A DNA stretch of 64,000 nucleotides from an uncultured virus (IMG/VR IMGVR_UViG_3300020204_003072). Lineage: Duplodnaviria; Heunggongvirae; Uroviricota; Caudoviricetes. Below are positions 40,642 through 48,807 of this stretch, one piece after another. Within the stretch, counting starts at the first letter, position 1; every line of letters begins with the position of its first letter. Location of the stretch: positions 1 through 64,000 of the IMG/VR virus record IMGVR_UViG_3300020204_003072. One strand, given 5' to 3'. Under the pieces are notes generated by a model that saw nothing but the letters and a program-made list of their open reading frames with translations, ran no database searches and was not told where the DNA came from. Made by a program: the position numbers and the translations under genes.

Positions 40642-40821
40642 ATGTACGTAATTGTAAAACACATCAAATTAGACGAAAACAAAAAAAGAGTTCCAGTTAT
40701 ACTACTTAACAGCGAAAGTGAAATTTGGGAATTTGATACCGAAAAAGAAGCAGAAAAAATGAGAGAGATTTTTGAATTAAATTCAGATTCTGGTCATAAA
40801 TATCAAGTTAAAAAGATTTAA
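40642..40821 (+). CDS. Small hypothetical protein (59 aa, not in ORF track)
   Basis: MYVIVKHIK...YQVKKI*. Confidence 0.6.
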   Translation: MYVIVKHIKLDENKKRVPVILLNSESEIWEFDTEKEAEKMREIFELNSDSGHKYQVKKI

Positions 40822-40826
40822 TATGC

Positions 40827-40900
40827 GGTCCCGTAGCATAATTGAATAATGCAACTCACTTCTAATGAGTAGATTCCAGGTTTGAATCCTGGCGGGACTA
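40827..40900 (+). tRNA. tRNA-Arg (anticodon TCT)
   Basis: Acceptor GGTCCCG/CGGGACT; anticodon arm ACTCA-CTTCTAA-TGAGT; T-arm CCAGG-TTTGAAT-CCTGG. Confidence 0.9.
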
Positions 40901-40997
40901 CACAAAAAAAATATTATGGAAGATATATTTGAACAAATACATAATGAATTTATAAATTCTGAAGATTATTTTTCATATCTTCAAGATATTTATTCTT

Positions 40998-41435
40998 ATG
41001 AAGAAAAGAATACGACTAACTGAAACTGAATTAATAAGTCTAATTAAAAGAATTCTTAAAGAAGAAAAGTATTCCGAAGAAGATATTAAGTACACCCACC
41101 CAATAACAGGTGAAGCCTGTAAAATCAAAGTAGCTAGAAATAAAGTAACTGATATGGAAAATAGACAATATGGATCAATCCTTGTCTGTATTGATGAAGA
41201 ATATGGTGATGAAAGAATTAAAGCCGAACTTCCAGTAGATGGTCCTACACCAGAAGAAGTTAGTGATTTTATATGTGAAAATATAGAAAGAACATTTGAA
41301 ATTCTGGATGATATGTTAACACACGAAGAAGAAGAGCCAATATCAGAAGAAGTTTATAGCCGAAGGTGGGACATTGTAGACCAGCCAATTGTTTGTTCAG
41401 ACAAACCAAAAAAGAAAAAAAGTTGGGAATACTAA
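40998..41435 (+). CDS. Hypothetical protein with leader D
   Basis: MKKRIRLTETELISLIKRILKEE. Confidence 0.75.
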   Translation: MKKRIRLTETELISLIKRILKEEKYSEEDIKYTHPITGEACKIKVARNKVTDMENRQYGSILVCIDEEYGDERIKAELPVDGPTPEEVSDFICENIERTFEILDDMLTHEEEEPISEEVYSRRWDIVDQPIVCSDKPKKKKSWEY

Positions 41436-41463
41436 ATAATATAATATTTATAAATAAAAAATT

Positions 41464-41826
41464 ATGAAAAAAGTAATTAAACTAACAGAAAGAGACCTTA
41501 CAAGACTTATTAAAAGAATTGTAAAAGAAAGTGAAGAAGAAGTCAAACAAGAGTTAGATATGAAAAATAAATTGGATGATATCTTCTTTGGTTATGATAG
41601 TGCAAATATTTTTACACCATCTGGTGAATTTGGATACCTTTCACAAGAAAAAAGATTAAAAAAAGAAATAACACCAAAAGGAAGAAAAGAAAGAATCCAA
41701 CAAGTAATTGATGGTTTGGAAGAATACATTGAATACTTACGAAATGAAAAATTGGGTGAAGAAGATACCTGGATTGAAAATCCAAAATACGATGAAGTTT
41801 GGGGTGGAAAAAATGATGAATATTAA
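41464..41826 (+). CDS. Hypothetical protein with leader D
   Basis: MKKVIKLTERDLTRLIKRIVKES. Confidence 0.75.
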   Translation: MKKVIKLTERDLTRLIKRIVKESEEEVKQELDMKNKLDDIFFGYDSANIFTPSGEFGYLSQEKRLKKEITPKGRKERIQQVIDGLEEYIEYLRNEKLGEEDTWIENPKYDEVWGGKNDEY

Positions 41827-41893
41827 TTTTTTTTCAAAAACACTTTGGGTGGGTACAACCCGAAGTCGGTCCCGAGCTAGGTCGGGCACTACT

Positions 41894-41966
41894 ATGTCTC
41901 TGGTGTAATGGTTTAGCATAAACGGCTTCAACCCGTTCGGTTAGGGGTTAAATCCTTGTGTACGTG
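41894..41966 (+). tRNA. Degenerate tRNA with TCA anticodon (UGA-reading or pseudo-tRNA)
   Basis: Canonical D-arm; AACGG-CTTCAAC-CCGTT; T-loop GTTAAAT; two mismatches in acceptor stem. Confidence 0.55.
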
Positions 41967-42013
41967 TTAATTTTTAATTTTGTCAATCAAAAAACTTTTT
42001 GTATATTTGTATT

Positions 42014-42514
42014 ATGAAAAACCAATTACCATACGAATCTACAGGAAGTGCGATTAAAGGTTATAGTGATTCTTTAACCGCAAGAAAAGAAACAAATGAT
42101 TGTGTTGTTAGGGCATTTGCTTCGGCGTTTGATGTTACTTATGATTATGCACATAAGTATGTTGCAGAGGAGTTTAAAAGAGAACCAAGAAAGGGAACCT
42201 ACTTTACGGCATCTAAGATGAGTAAATTATCTGAAGGTGTGATCAAAGTTAATAATAAAAAAATTATCCCTATTGGTACAAAAAGTAATAGTGTAATTTA
42301 TCCATATTCACTTTCATATGAAATAAAAGTTAAAGGTGAAAAAGTTAAAAGACAAATGACTGTTGGTACGTTTGTAAAGAAAAACCCAAAAGGAACTTTC
42401 TTTGTATTGGTCAGAGGACATGCGTTTACAATCAAAGACGGTGTTGTTATTGGTAACCCTGAAGATGCAGTCAAAACAAAACGTCATATGAAATCGGCAT
42501 TTGAAATTAAATAG
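42014..42514 (+). CDS. Hypothetical phage protein (NDCVVRA...GHAF, Cys/His pair)
   Basis: ATG 42014 lies 4 nt after TATATTTG. Confidence 0.7.
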   Translation: MKNQLPYESTGSAIKGYSDSLTARKETNDCVVRAFASAFDVTYDYAHKYVAEEFKREPRKGTYFTASKMSKLSEGVIKVNNKKIIPIGTKSNSVIYPYSLSYEIKVKGEKVKRQMTVGTFVKKNPKGTFFVLVRGHAFTIKDGVVIGNPEDAVKTKRHMKSAFEIK

Positions 42515-42579
42515 GGAATCCTACTTAAGATACAAAAAATAAATTTGGTAGATTAAAAAATTATTTATACTTTTGTTTT

Positions 42580-42885
42580 ATGGTAACATTTGATGATATA
42601 AAGTTTGGACCACATAAAGTTGGTGATGGATTACACGGATTGATTTTCTTTCCTGGTGGATATGGACTTTCGATTGCTAGGTTTAAATTTCCGGGGCATT
42701 TTCGTTATTCATCATATACAGATGATGATACTTTTGAAGTTGCAATTTTAAAGGGGACAAAAGATCAGTGGGAAATTTGTTATGATACAGAATTAACAAA
42801 TGATGTACTAGGTTACCAAACAAAAGAAGATATAAATAGAATAATTAAACACGTTCAAAGATTATATAACGATGAAAACAATTGA
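42580..42885 (+). CDS. Hypothetical phage protein
   Basis: F.GGYGLSI...FEVAIL...DVLGY; TACTTTTG upstream. Confidence 0.7.
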   Translation: MVTFDDIKFGPHKVGDGLHGLIFFPGGYGLSIARFKFPGHFRYSSYTDDDTFEVAILKGTKDQWEICYDTELTNDVLGYQTKEDINRIIKHVQRLYNDENN

Positions 42886-43028
42886 GATTACATATGAGGA
42901 AATTAAGATGGCAACAAGGCCAAATGTGTATCGTAATAAAAAAAAATACACAAGAAAAGAAAAGTTTAAAAAAGATTTGGTAGATTAAAAAATTCTACAT
43001 ATCTTTGTAAGACAAATAAGGAATAAAG

Positions 43029-43039
43029 GTTCTTTGAAA
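43029..43039 (+). promoter_or_regulatory. boxA-like element GTTCTTTGAAA downstream of a TATCTTTG promoter
   Basis: Recurs at 46051 and on the minus strand at 47685-47693. Confidence 0.6.
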
Positions 43040-43051
43040 TATTGAAAAACA

Positions 43052-43144
43052 TTGTGGTTGTAAGAAACGGGAAACTCGTAAAGTGTATCAACCTGTTAAA
43101 TCAAGATAGTGAAACGAGAGTTTGATTTAACTACTAAACTACAA
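43052..43144 (+). ncRNA. Small structured RNA candidate
   Basis: Closing stem TTGTGGTT/AACTACAA, 10-bp GTTAAATCAA/TTGATTTAAC, GAAA-capped hairpin. Confidence 0.4.
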
Positions 43145-43150
43145 AAAAAC

Positions 43151-43255
43151 AGTCAAGTGGCGGAATTGGTAGACGCTGGGAGAGATACCCAAGACTCCTT
43201 GGAATAAGGTAAATATTACACTTATTCCGTGCAGGTTCGAATCCTGTCCTGACAA
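43151..43255 (+). ncRNA. tRNA-like RNA (Leu-type D-arm, long variable arm, non-canonical anticodon arm)
   Basis: TGGCGGAATTGGTAGACGC; GGAATAAG/CTTATTCC; GCAGG-TTCGAAT-CCTGT. Confidence 0.65.
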
Positions 43256-43583
43256 CAGTGGTTACCTGACTCCGATAGGACGGTAAAACCCATTGGGAAA
43301 TCGGAAGTCCGTGAATGGGGGCGCAAGCAAAGAAGAACTTACAATGGTGGAGTGCCTAAGACAAAAGAAACGAAGCGTATGGGTGATCATGCGTTGGATT
43401 CAAATCTCCACCTTTTTTAAATTAAAAAAATTATGACACCACTATTGTTAATATCATTTATATTGTTTATGTTTGTCATAAGAAAAAGACATTAGTAAAC
43501 TTCAGTTCCCACACAGCGGTGAGATGGGCTAAGTTATATACAATTCCTCGGGGCTGGGAGTAGAAAGCTGAAGAGTCGTTGTT

Positions 43584-43699
43584 TGTCAGGAGTGTAATGA
43601 GGCATGGTGCCGAGTCCGAAAAACACCACGGTCCAAGAGCAATTTGGACGCGAAAAGTTATAAGGTTGCTCATTGTGGGTTCGAATCCCACCCTGACAT
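43584..43699 (+). ncRNA. tRNA-like RNA with expanded interior
   Basis: Perfect acceptor TGTCAGG/CCTGACA; T-arm GTGGG-TTCGAAT-CCCAC; internal hairpins GGTG/CACC and GTCCA/TGGAC. Confidence 0.6.
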
Positions 43700-43961
43700 C
43701 TAAAAAAGTTAATTTGAAATTTGTGGATAATATTTTATAATATAGTTCTATTCATCTATTACATTGTAACGTATTTTGTGTTCGTATTTATTAAAAAACA
43801 AATATCATGGAAGTAATTATTGCTTGTTTAGTACCCATTTCTCTTATTGGAATTCTTTTAGTTTCTTATTTAAGATATAAGGGAAAATAAAATATAATTT
43901 GATTTTTTTTCATTTCTTTTTGTATTTATATAAAAACAAATAAACGTTAAATCAAATTAAA

Positions 43962-44129
43962 ATGAAATTAACAAAAGAACAAGTTTTAGGAATTGTTAGA
44001 CATGCTTTGACATTTGTTGGTGGTATCGTTGTAATGAAAGGATGGGCTGATGAAAGTGTTGTTGTTGAAATTACTGGTGGTGTTATGACACTAGTTGGTG
44101 CAATCTGGTCAATCATTGCAAAAAAATAA
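43962..44129 (+). CDS. Small two-TM holin-like protein (55 aa, not in ORF track)
   Basis: MKLTKEQVLGIVRHALTFVGG...GAIWSIIAKK; TATTTAT upstream. Confidence 0.7.
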   Translation: MKLTKEQVLGIVRHALTFVGGIVVMKGWADESVVVEITGGVMTLVGAIWSIIAKK

Positions 44130-44208
44130 GTTTCTTATAACTTTTTGTGAACCCCATCTTTTAGGTGGGGTTTTTTGTTGATTAAAAAAAAAGTTATATC
44201 TTTGTTAT

Positions 44209-44676
44209 ATGAATATATTTTTTTTAGATTTTGATACTAAAAAATGTGCACAGTATCATTGTGATAAACACGTTGTTAAAATGATTTTAGAAACAGCTCA
44301 ACTTTTATGTGGTGTTCATTGGGTTATTGGTTCAGAAGCTCCTTATAAGTTATCACATAAAAATCACCCTTGTGCCATATGGACCCGTGAAAGTCTTTCG
44401 AATTACCTTTATTTATGTGACCTTGGTTTAGAATTGTGTAAGGAATATACATATCGTTACGGTAAAAGACATAAATCACAGGATATTATAGAATGGTGTT
44501 TGGACAACAAACCAAGTATTCCAGATAAAGATTTTACACAACCACCAAAAGCAATGCCAGACGAATTTAAAGTAGATTCTGTTATCGAATCTTATAGAAA
44601 TTATTATATGATTGCAAAAAAATCTTTTGTAAATTGGAAAAATAGAAATATTCCAGAATGGTTTTTAATTCATTGA
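44209..44676 (+). CDS. Pyrimidine-dimer DNA glycosylase / endonuclease V-like protein
   Basis: MNIFFLD...DKHVVKMILETAQLL...H.NHPC..W...EYTYRYGK.H...AMP...YR.YY. Confidence 0.8.
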   Translation: MNIFFLDFDTKKCAQYHCDKHVVKMILETAQLLCGVHWVIGSEAPYKLSHKNHPCAIWTRESLSNYLYLCDLGLELCKEYTYRYGKRHKSQDIIEWCLDNKPSIPDKDFTQPPKAMPDEFKVDSVIESYRNYYMIAKKSFVNWKNRNIPEWFLIH

Positions 44677-44691
44677 TGTATTTATATACAT

Positions 44692-45771
44692 ATGAATTTA
44701 CTAGTAGAAACAAATACATATGGTTTTGCGACTGGTTCTAAATATCCTGGATGTCTTGATCAAGGTAAAGTTTGTCTTGGTGGTGGAATAAATGGTGATT
44801 GGGCCGGTTCTGCAGAAAGAGCACTACAGATGGCATCTTGGTTAAAAGATTTAGGATTTAACCCTGGTTCACAAAAAAGAAGTAATAAATTAACAGCATC
44901 TGGAAATAGGTCAGACCACTGGGATGGTTCAAAAGATTCTTATGGTATTGATTTACCTTGTCGTGGTGAAAAAGGTGATAAAGGTTGGAAAAAACTAAGA
45001 GAAGAATTTGTAAAACGTGGGTGGATATCAGAAGATAAAATGCCAGATAAATTACTACAAAAAGGTAACGGTAAGTGGATTAATTTTAATGTTGGAACCT
45101 ACAGATATCAAGTTGGTTGGAATGTTAAAGACCACTATGACCATATTCACGTAGGTGTTAGAAACAAAAAACCAGATGAAAAATATTCATCAACTGATGA
45201 TAGTGAAAGTCAAGATTCAAAAGAAGTATCTAATGAAGTTGTACCAAAAATAAAAAAAATATTTTATACCGCTTTTTCTTTTAAAGAACAATCTATAATT
45301 GAAGGTGTTTTAGAAAAACTAGATTCTTTGAATGTTAAAGACAATTTTTCAAAAATTGTTTTAGCATCACTTGTAATATATAAAAAAGATTCAATTATAA
45401 AAGATGATAAAACCTCAAATTCAGACGCTGAAACATTTATAAATGATTTGAAAGATAAAACATTCAATTCTTTAGATGAATGTTTGGACTACTTTGAAAA
45501 AGAATTGGGTAAAAGGGAATTTAATAGAAGTGAAATAAAAACAATTGCTGAAAAATTTGAAGTTAAAGTTTCCGATGATACTGGCGCTGAAATAAAAATT
45601 GATTTGGAAAAAATCAGAGCCTTCATGAAAAAATTTAAGGAAATATTTAGTAGTGGTGAAGAAGTTTCAGAAGTTGAACTACCTAAAGTCAATTTAAAAA
45701 AAGAAGAAGAAAGTTTAAAATTAAATGAAGAATTAAATAGAATTAAAGATTTGATGAAAAAAATTCTTTAA
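44692..45771 (+). CDS. Putative Zn peptidase (M15/LAS-like) with C-terminal leader-E-like motif
   Basis: SDH...GIDL...HYDHIHV; ends LNEELNRIKDLMKKIL. Confidence 0.6.
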   Translation: MNLLVETNTYGFATGSKYPGCLDQGKVCLGGGINGDWAGSAERALQMASWLKDLGFNPGSQKRSNKLTASGNRSDHWDGSKDSYGIDLPCRGEKGDKGWKKLREEFVKRGWISEDKMPDKLLQKGNGKWINFNVGTYRYQVGWNVKDHYDHIHVGVRNKKPDEKYSSTDDSESQDSKEVSNEVVPKIKKIFYTAFSFKEQSIIEGVLEKLDSLNVKDNFSKIVLASLVIYKKDSIIKDDKTSNSDAETFINDLKDKTFNSLDECLDYFEKELGKREFNRSEIKTIAEKFEVKVSDDTGAEIKIDLEKIRAFMKKFKEIFSSGEEVSEVELPKVNLKKEEESLKLNEELNRIKDLMKKIL

Positions 45772-45825
45772 CCTTATTGACACACCAAAATATTTATTCT
45801 ATGTTTGAACTATAAAACAAACAAA

Positions 45826-45975
45826 ATGGCAGAACAAGAAACACAAGTAATTGAAATTGAAATCTTTGGATACATCAATGATAAAGGACAAAGAGTTTTT
45901 ACACCAAATTTGGAGTTTGCCCACATTATGGCAACAAAATACGGTACAAACCACGTCTTTATAGAAAAAAAATAA
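45826..45975 (+). CDS. Small hypothetical protein (49 aa, not in ORF track)
   Basis: MAEQETQVIE...FIEKK*; TATGTTTG upstream. Confidence 0.55.
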   Translation: MAEQETQVIEIEIFGYINDKGQRVFTPNLEFAHIMATKYGTNHVFIEKK

Positions 45976-45992
45976 AAAAGTTCACAAAGTAC

Positions 45993-46062
45993 TTGACAAA
46001 TCAAAATAAATGTCTTAACTTTGTAAAACAATTCGGGAATGACCGAAAACGTTCTTTGAAAA
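45993..46062 (+). promoter_or_regulatory. Promoter (TTGACA...TAACTTTG) plus boxA-like GTTCTTTGAAAA
   Basis: Directly upstream of the long non-coding structured region. Confidence 0.65.
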
Positions 46063-46911
46063 TAGAATTATCCGTTCAGGAGTAAGTAATGAAACTGATA
46101 AAGATATTGGGCCGTGTATAGTCCATAAAATAAACTGGGAAACCAGGATAAAGTGAATCATTCGTGTAAATGGTTTGCGGTTTGGGAAACTGAACGTGAG
46201 TACACAAGCGGGATACCGTTTAACCTTTAATACCGAGGGCAACGCTGTAGGGAAAGTGGTTAGATGATTGGGCGATGTGGGTCGTCTGATTGAAGTGGGA
46301 ACACTAATAGGAATAACCCGTAGGAATATTGCAAAAAATAGAATTATCCAATTTTATCATTGCGTGTTCCAATATTAGAGATTGTTTAAAACCGAAAGGT
46401 ATGTTAATGTACGGGTGGTGCCGTTATTCACCTTGTCAAACTTGAACCAAGAAGTTAGACACGAAGTAGTCTTGAAGTATGGAAACTGGGAAGTTTCACG
46501 AAGTTGTTTAGTATTTCATAATCCAAAAGATAATGAAACTTTAGGTGGACCACAACTTCGATAATCCACAACACAAAAACATTTTTTTATAATTGGATAT
46601 AAAAATCATAAAAGTAATAATGGAAAAGTGTCCATCACGGTATAACGGAAGTTGCCCACTTAGTCGTGAGATGTTCACGGCACATAAGGTTCCCAAGACC
46701 GAATGTATTTCTACCAAAAACCTCTAATCTCGCAAGGATTTACTGGGAAGGCATTCTCGGAGAGAGTTAAGTAATAGGAGAGTAGTTATATCGTTAAGGA
46801 GTGATTCACCTAAATAATCGGCAATGAGAAATACCATTCAAAAGATGGTGGATAAGAGTAGAAACAATAATGACTCTAAAGGTTCTCAATAAAACGTGTA
46901 ATCTCAACGTT
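46063..46911 (+). ncRNA. Large (~850 nt) structured ncRNA, GOLLD-like candidate
   Basis: No credible ORF; GC visibly higher than flanks; GNRA-type hairpins (CTGG-GAAA-CCAG, ACC-GAAA-GGT); own promoter; near tRNAs and tmRNA. Family assignment unverified. Confidence 0.6.
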
Positions 46912-47062
46912 CTTTTTAAAATATTTTATAATAAAAAAATCAGTAAAAAAAGTAAAATACCGATTTTTAAAAAAATTATGGGGCAACAATTAGTTACCCT
47001 TTTCTTTTTATAAAAACTTTGATATATATTATTATAATAAACCTTTAATTACCTTATTCAAA

Positions 47063-47233
47063 ATGAAAAAATTAGTTTTACTTTCTGCTGCTTTTTTTAC
47101 GACAATTTCTCTTTTGACGGCTTGTGGTGAAAAAGGAACTGGAAACGCAACTTCAGATGCAACACCAGAAGCTACTGTTGAGGCAACTACTGAAGCTACG
47201 ACTGTTGTAAAAGATACTGCTGTTGTTAAGTAA
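47063..47233 (+). CDS. Small Thr/Ala-rich lipoprotein (56 aa, not in ORF track)
   Basis: Lipobox LTAC; terminator downstream. Confidence 0.75.
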   Translation: MKKLVLLSAAFFTTISLLTACGEKGTGNATSDATPEATVEATTEATTVVKDTAVVK

Positions 47234-47256
47234 TTAGGAAATATCCTAAAAAAAGA

Positions 47257-47284
47257 AAACCCACTTCAAAAGAGTGGGTTTTTT
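47257..47284. terminator. Bidirectional terminator between lipoprotein gene and tmRNA
   Basis: AAAACCCACT...AGTGGGTTTTTT. Confidence 0.75.
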
Positions 47285-47287
47285 AAT

Positions 47288-47678
47288 TGGTGGATCCGGA
47301 GGGACTCGAACCCTCGTCCGGTTCATCTTGTTTAAGAGACGACTACATGTTTAGGTTGGTATTTTCTAATACCCCAAAATATTTGATTTGTTCTTCAACA
47401 TCGTAAATCAACAACCAATGGTCCCGAATCGGATTTAGAGAGCCATCCGGTGTGCTCTATCAAACTACGACTTCTGTTGCTAGGTTATATGTCTGCCGAC
47501 CCCCCGTTTCCGTATCTAATTAAGCTACAGTAACTTCAGAACCTCTTACTAATCCAAGAGTTTCCATTTTGTTTAGCACATTGCCAGTTGTTTTGTGAAT
47601 CAGTTTTTAACGAGATTAATTCAGTCCCGACATGCTTCTATTATTCAACCAACGCCCGTCAAATCCAAAAACGGACCC
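47288..47678 (-). ncRNA. ssrA: tmRNA
   Basis: 5' GGGTCCGTTTTTGGATTTGACGGG; 3' GAGGG-TTCGAGT-CCCTC-CGGATCC-ACCA; G3:U70 Ala identity pair; tag ORF 47585-47520. Confidence 0.93.
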
Positions 47679-47729
47679 ATAATATCAAAGAACTATATAT
47701 AAATACAAATATAATTATATTTATCTAAT

Positions 47730-48779
47730 ATGGCAAGTGAAACCTATGAATTTTTACAAAAAGTTGCTAAAGGAAAAGAAACCAGTAGATGGTCTTACCC
47801 TGATGATTTAATTAATTACATTTCTTATTCAAAAGGTAAATCACCAAAAGTTGAAATTACTTTTGATGATGACGATGATTTTTTGGAAGTTTTAAATGTA
47901 ACAGATGATGATGATAAGTATATGTGGCGTAGATTTACTGGTAGAGGTTACTATGATTATGATTTTGATATGTGGAGATATGAAGAAGATTTTAGAGAAG
48001 GATATATTGTTGGAGCTTTTAAAGGTGAAAACATTGTACTTACAAATAAAATTTTAAGTCTTACCGATCCAACCTTACAACTTAATGCCGATATAGTAGA
48101 TTACACACCTATTTCAAAATTTTTAGATGCAAAATTCCCAGATGAAATGTCTGATATTACATATGAATATGGGAGATATAATGAAGAATGTGTTTCAAGA
48201 GAAGTACAAAAAATACTAAGAAATGAAACAAATAATCCATTTAGAAACTTTGGTATTGTACAAAAACAACATTCTTATAAATTTGTAACATCTGTAAACA
48301 TTTTATTAAATCTATATAAAATGTTAAATGCTGAAGATGAAGATTTAAAAGGAATGTTAACATTATTATATAAAACTTATGGTGATAAAGATCCTGGTGG
48401 TTGGTACGATTTGGAATATAATGTTTTTTGTGATGATTATGATGAAGAAGGGTTCCAAAAAGAAGTTACTCGAAATCTTGAAAAGATTTTAGAAAGAGTT
48501 GAGGAAGATTTTGAAGGTGTTGACCAAGAAGAATATAATAAAATGCTTGATGTTATTTTAAAAATTGGTGGGTTTAATACTATTATTGAATTACCAGGTA
48601 AGAATATGCAAGTATTTTTCCATAGATTTGAACCCAGAACAAACAAATTATATTTTGATGTTTGGAAAGGAAATAAAAAAGAACAAAGGTCTATTACTAA
48701 TCTTGAAGATTTAAATTTAGCTCTATATCATCCTGAATTACTTGAAAATATAAAAAAAGTATTAAAAAAACTTTTGTAA
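47730..48779 (+). CDS. Acidic hypothetical protein
   Basis: TATTTAT 5 nt upstream; C-terminal LLENIKKVLKKLL. Confidence 0.7.
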   Translation: MASETYEFLQKVAKGKETSRWSYPDDLINYISYSKGKSPKVEITFDDDDDFLEVLNVTDDDDKYMWRRFTGRGYYDYDFDMWRYEEDFREGYIVGAFKGENIVLTNKILSLTDPTLQLNADIVDYTPISKFLDAKFPDEMSDITYEYGRYNEECVSREVQKILRNETNNPFRNFGIVQKQHSYKFVTSVNILLNLYKMLNAEDEDLKGMLTLLYKTYGDKDPGGWYDLEYNVFCDDYDEEGFQKEVTRNLEKILERVEEDFEGVDQEEYNKMLDVILKIGGFNTIIELPGKNMQVFFHRFEPRTNKLYFDVWKGNKKEQRSITNLEDLNLALYHPELLENIKKVLKKLL

Positions 48780-48807
48780 ATCAAAATAATATTTCTATAT
48801 TTGTCGT

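Noticed and set aside
41894..41966. Selenocysteine tRNA
   Set aside because: Lacks the long variable arm and extended acceptor stem of tRNA-Sec; no sel genes or in-frame TGA ORFs seen.
43256..43420. Hammerhead or other self-cleaving ribozyme
   Set aside because: No complete CUGAnGA...GAAA core with matching stems could be assembled by eye; kept only as an unassigned structured region.
41708..43691. ORFs 41708, 41737 and 43476
   Set aside because: They overlap tRNA-like elements; MGFEPT is the typical antisense translation of a T-arm.
46015..46564. ORFs 46015-46242 (-) and 46382-46564 (+)
   Set aside because: Atypical composition, no clear start context, and they lie inside the structured RNA candidate.
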